NCBI GenBank assembly: GCA_044236455.1
Contig: JBIIGJ010000008.1
Coordinates: 405-64,404 of the forward strand
DNA: 64,000 nucleotides
Direction of reading: 5' to 3'
Origin: Pirellulales bacterium
Lineage (GTDB): Bacteria; Planctomycetota; Planctomycetia; Pirellulales; UBA1268
Shown one piece after another: positions 62,037-64,000 of the stretch. Both the position numbers and the translations under genes were made by a program. Positions within the stretch are counted from its first letter, which is position 1. Each line of letters begins with the position of its first letter. The notes under the pieces are model-generated. The model made no database searches. It was given only the letters and a program-made list of their open reading frames with translations, and was not told the DNA's origin.

Positions 62037-62288
62037 ATGAAAGAAGGCATTCATCCCAAGTATCTCGACACGGTCGTCCGCTGTGGCTGCGGCAACACGT
62101 TCAACACGCACAGCACCGTTCCCGAGATCAAGGTGGACATCTGCAACGTCTGCCACCCCTTCTTTACGGGCAAGCTGAAGTTCGTCGACACCGCTGGCCG
62201 GATCGAGAAGTTCAAGTCGAAGTTCGCGACCGCGGGCTACGCCAGCCTGAAGAAGCCGAAGAAGCCGGCCGACGCTCCGGCCTCCTGA
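62037..62288 (+). CDS. rpmE: 50S ribosomal protein L31 (Zn-binding type)
   Basis: MKEGIHPKY...CGCG...[10 protein letters not shown]...GRIEKF. Confidence 0.97.
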   Translation: MKEGIHPKYLDTVVRCGCGNTFNTHSTVPEIKVDICNVCHPFFTGKLKFVDTAGRIEKFKSKFATAGYASLKKPKKPADAPAS

Positions 62289-62340
62289 GAGGGGCCCGTG
62301 AGAAAGGGCTTTGGGCACAGGAGGGCGGTTCTCCGGATCC

Positions 62341-63426
62341 ATGCGCGACCAACTCGAAGCCAAGCTTTCCCGGTTTGAGGAACTCGAACGCGCGCTTGTC
62401 GATCCGGTGGTGCTGGCTGACCAATCTCGGCTCTCGGCCGTCGCCCGCGAGCATGGCACGCTCGCCCGCCTGGCGCTGAAGTATCGCCAGTTCGTGGCGC
62501 TCGAGCGGGAGATCGCCGAGCACGTCGAGATGGCCGCCGGTGCCGATCGCGACCTGAAGGAACTGGCCGAGTCGGAGCTGCCGAGCCTGCGTCAGCGACG
62601 CGAACAGGAGTGGGACGAGCTCCTCGAACTCTGCTCCGACGACGAGGACGCCGACCGGGCACGCTGCATCATGGAATTGCGGGCCGGCACGGGGGGCGAC
62701 GAGGCGGCGCTCTTCGTCCGCGACCTCTACGAGATGTATCGCCGCTACTGCACCGAGCAAGGCTGGGATGTCGAGGTGCTCGATGCCAGCCCGACGGAGC
62801 TGGGTGGCTTCAAGGAGCTGGTGTTGGGGCTGTCGGGAGCCGCGATCTATCGAAAGCTGCAGCACGAGAGCGGCGGGCATCGCGTGCAGCGGGTGCCCGA
62901 CACCGAGACGAAGGGGCGGATCCACACGTCGGCCGCCACCGTGGCGGTGCTGCCGGAGCCGGAGGACGTGGAGGTCTCGCTCTCGCCCGACGAATACCGT
63001 AAGGACCTGTTCTGCGCGAGCGGCCCGGGCGGGCAGCACGTCAACAAGACAGCGTCGGCTGTCCGGCTCACGCACATGGAAACCGGCATCGTCGTGCAGT
63101 GCCAGGATGAAAAGAGCCAGCACAAGAATCTGGCCAAGGCGCTCCGTGTGCTGAAGACGAGGATCTACGAACACCGACGGGCCATCGAACATGAGAAGCG
63201 GTCCGCCGAGCGGAAGACGCTCGTGGGGTCGGGCGACCGCAGCCAGCGGATTCGCACCTACAATTTCCCTCAGAACCGGCTCACCGACCACCGCATCAAC
63301 GAGAGCTTCACGCTCGACCAGGTGATGGCTGGGCGGCTGAGTCTCGTCATCGAGGCGATCGAGCAGCATGCGAGGGAACTCCGCAAGAGCGAGATGGAGC
63401 GGTCGGCCAAGGCCGCCCCGGCCTGA
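62341..63426 (+). CDS. prfA: peptide chain release factor 1
   Basis: [17 protein letters not shown] (PxT), GPGGQHVN and [10 protein letters not shown] motifs. Confidence 0.97.
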   Translation: MRDQLEAKLSRFEELERALVDPVVLADQSRLSAVAREHGTLARLALKYRQFVALEREIAEHVEMAAGADRDLKELAESELPSLRQRREQEWDELLELCSDDEDADRARCIMELRAGTGGDEAALFVRDLYEMYRRYCTEQGWDVEVLDASPTELGGFKELVLGLSGAAIYRKLQHESGGHRVQRVPDTETKGRIHTSAATVAVLPEPEDVEVSLSPDEYRKDLFCASGPGGQHVNKTASAVRLTHMETGIVVQCQDEKSQHKNLAKALRVLKTRIYEHRRAIEHEKRSAERKTLVGSGDRSQRIRTYNFPQNRLTDHRINESFTLDQVMAGRLSLVIEAIEQHARELRKSEMERSAKAAPA

Positions 63427-63506
63427 CGGTCTGCGGCGGGCTCGCCGATCAGCACCGGTGATGATCCTTCCAGACCACCTTTCATGGACGACGTGGAGAT
63501 TCCAGA

Positions 63507-64000
63507 ATGGCAGGCGAACAACCAAGCGGCGATGTCTGGACCGTGGGGCGATTGCTCACCTGGACGACCGACTGGCTCACGGGCCGGGGCAGCGAGTCGC
63601 CCCGGCTCGACGCCGAGGTGCTCCTGGCCTTCGTTCGAGGCTGCCCGCGGATCGCGCTTTACACGGCGTTTGATGTGCCCGTGAACGAGGAGGAGCGGGC
63701 CCGCTTCCGGGGGCTCGTGAAGCGGCGAGGCGATGGGGAGCCGGTGGCCTATCTCGTCGGCAACCGTGAGTTCTTCTCGTTGTCGTTTGGTGTGAGTCCG
63801 GCAGTGCTGGTGCCGAGGCCGGAAACGGAACAGCTGGTCGTTCGCGTGCTCGATCTCTGCCAGACGGCCGGGCCAGCCGGCCAGCGGCCGCGGATCATCG
63901 ACGTGGGCACCGGGTCGGGGGCCATCGTCGTGACCCTGGCCAAGCGTCTGCCCCAGGCGGAGTTTGTCGCCACGGATATTTCGTCGGAGGCGCTCGCTGT
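63507..64000 (+). CDS. prmC: release factor glutamine methyltransferase (partial, runs off window)
   Basis: MAGEQPSGDVWTVGRLL...PRLDAEVLL...GEPVAYLVG.REF...LVPRPETE...DVGTGSG; follows prfA. Confidence 0.93.
   Translation, partial: MAGEQPSGDVWTVGRLLTWTTDWLTGRGSESPRLDAEVLLAFVRGCPRIALYTAFDVPVNEEERARFRGLVKRRGDGEPVAYLVGNREFFSLSFGVSPAVLVPRPETEQLVVRVLDLCQTAGPAGQRPRIIDVGTGSGAIVVTLAKRLPQAEFVATDISSEALA

Noticed and set aside
63484-63684. Apparent frameshift at the start of prmC
   Set aside because: An in-frame ATG at 63507 with a GGAG RBS gives an intact N-terminus; the gene is missing from the ORF track only because it runs off the window.

Overview
High-GC bacterial chromosome segment, almost certainly Planctomycetota (Pirellulales-like). 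The lineage markers are a LEPRxLL-type secretion motif, planctomycete-type cytochrome c, a DUF1570-type protein and a TPR/alpha-CTD protein. Most of the window is housekeeping and metabolism: ispH, hpnCDE, hpnG-like, guaA, surE, ilvD, guaB, btaAB, a sigma-70 factor, trxA, proC, glnD, xylA, pyk, argG, kdsA, rpmE-prfA-prmC and tRNA-Thr(CGT). The less obvious signals are non-coding or cryptic: (1) the window opens on the tail of an integron-like cassette array with attC-like sites flanking small membrane-protein ORFs; (2) directly after guaB lies a diverged, internally deleted copy of guaB that keeps only the catalytic-Cys loop and the C-terminal tail, fused in one open frame; (3) a perfect 24-bp-arm palindrome sits in frame inside an SDR gene; (4) a probable 6S RNA ends a minus-strand run of tRNA-Thr, a TPR/double alpha-CTD gene and a Rho_N/DUF4912 gene, and an unassigned structured RNA candidate lies upstream of that run; (5) several REP/MITE-like palindromes occur. 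No CRISPR array, integrase, transposase or rRNA was seen. All family calls come from motif recognition by eye, not database searches, and start codons are best guesses.
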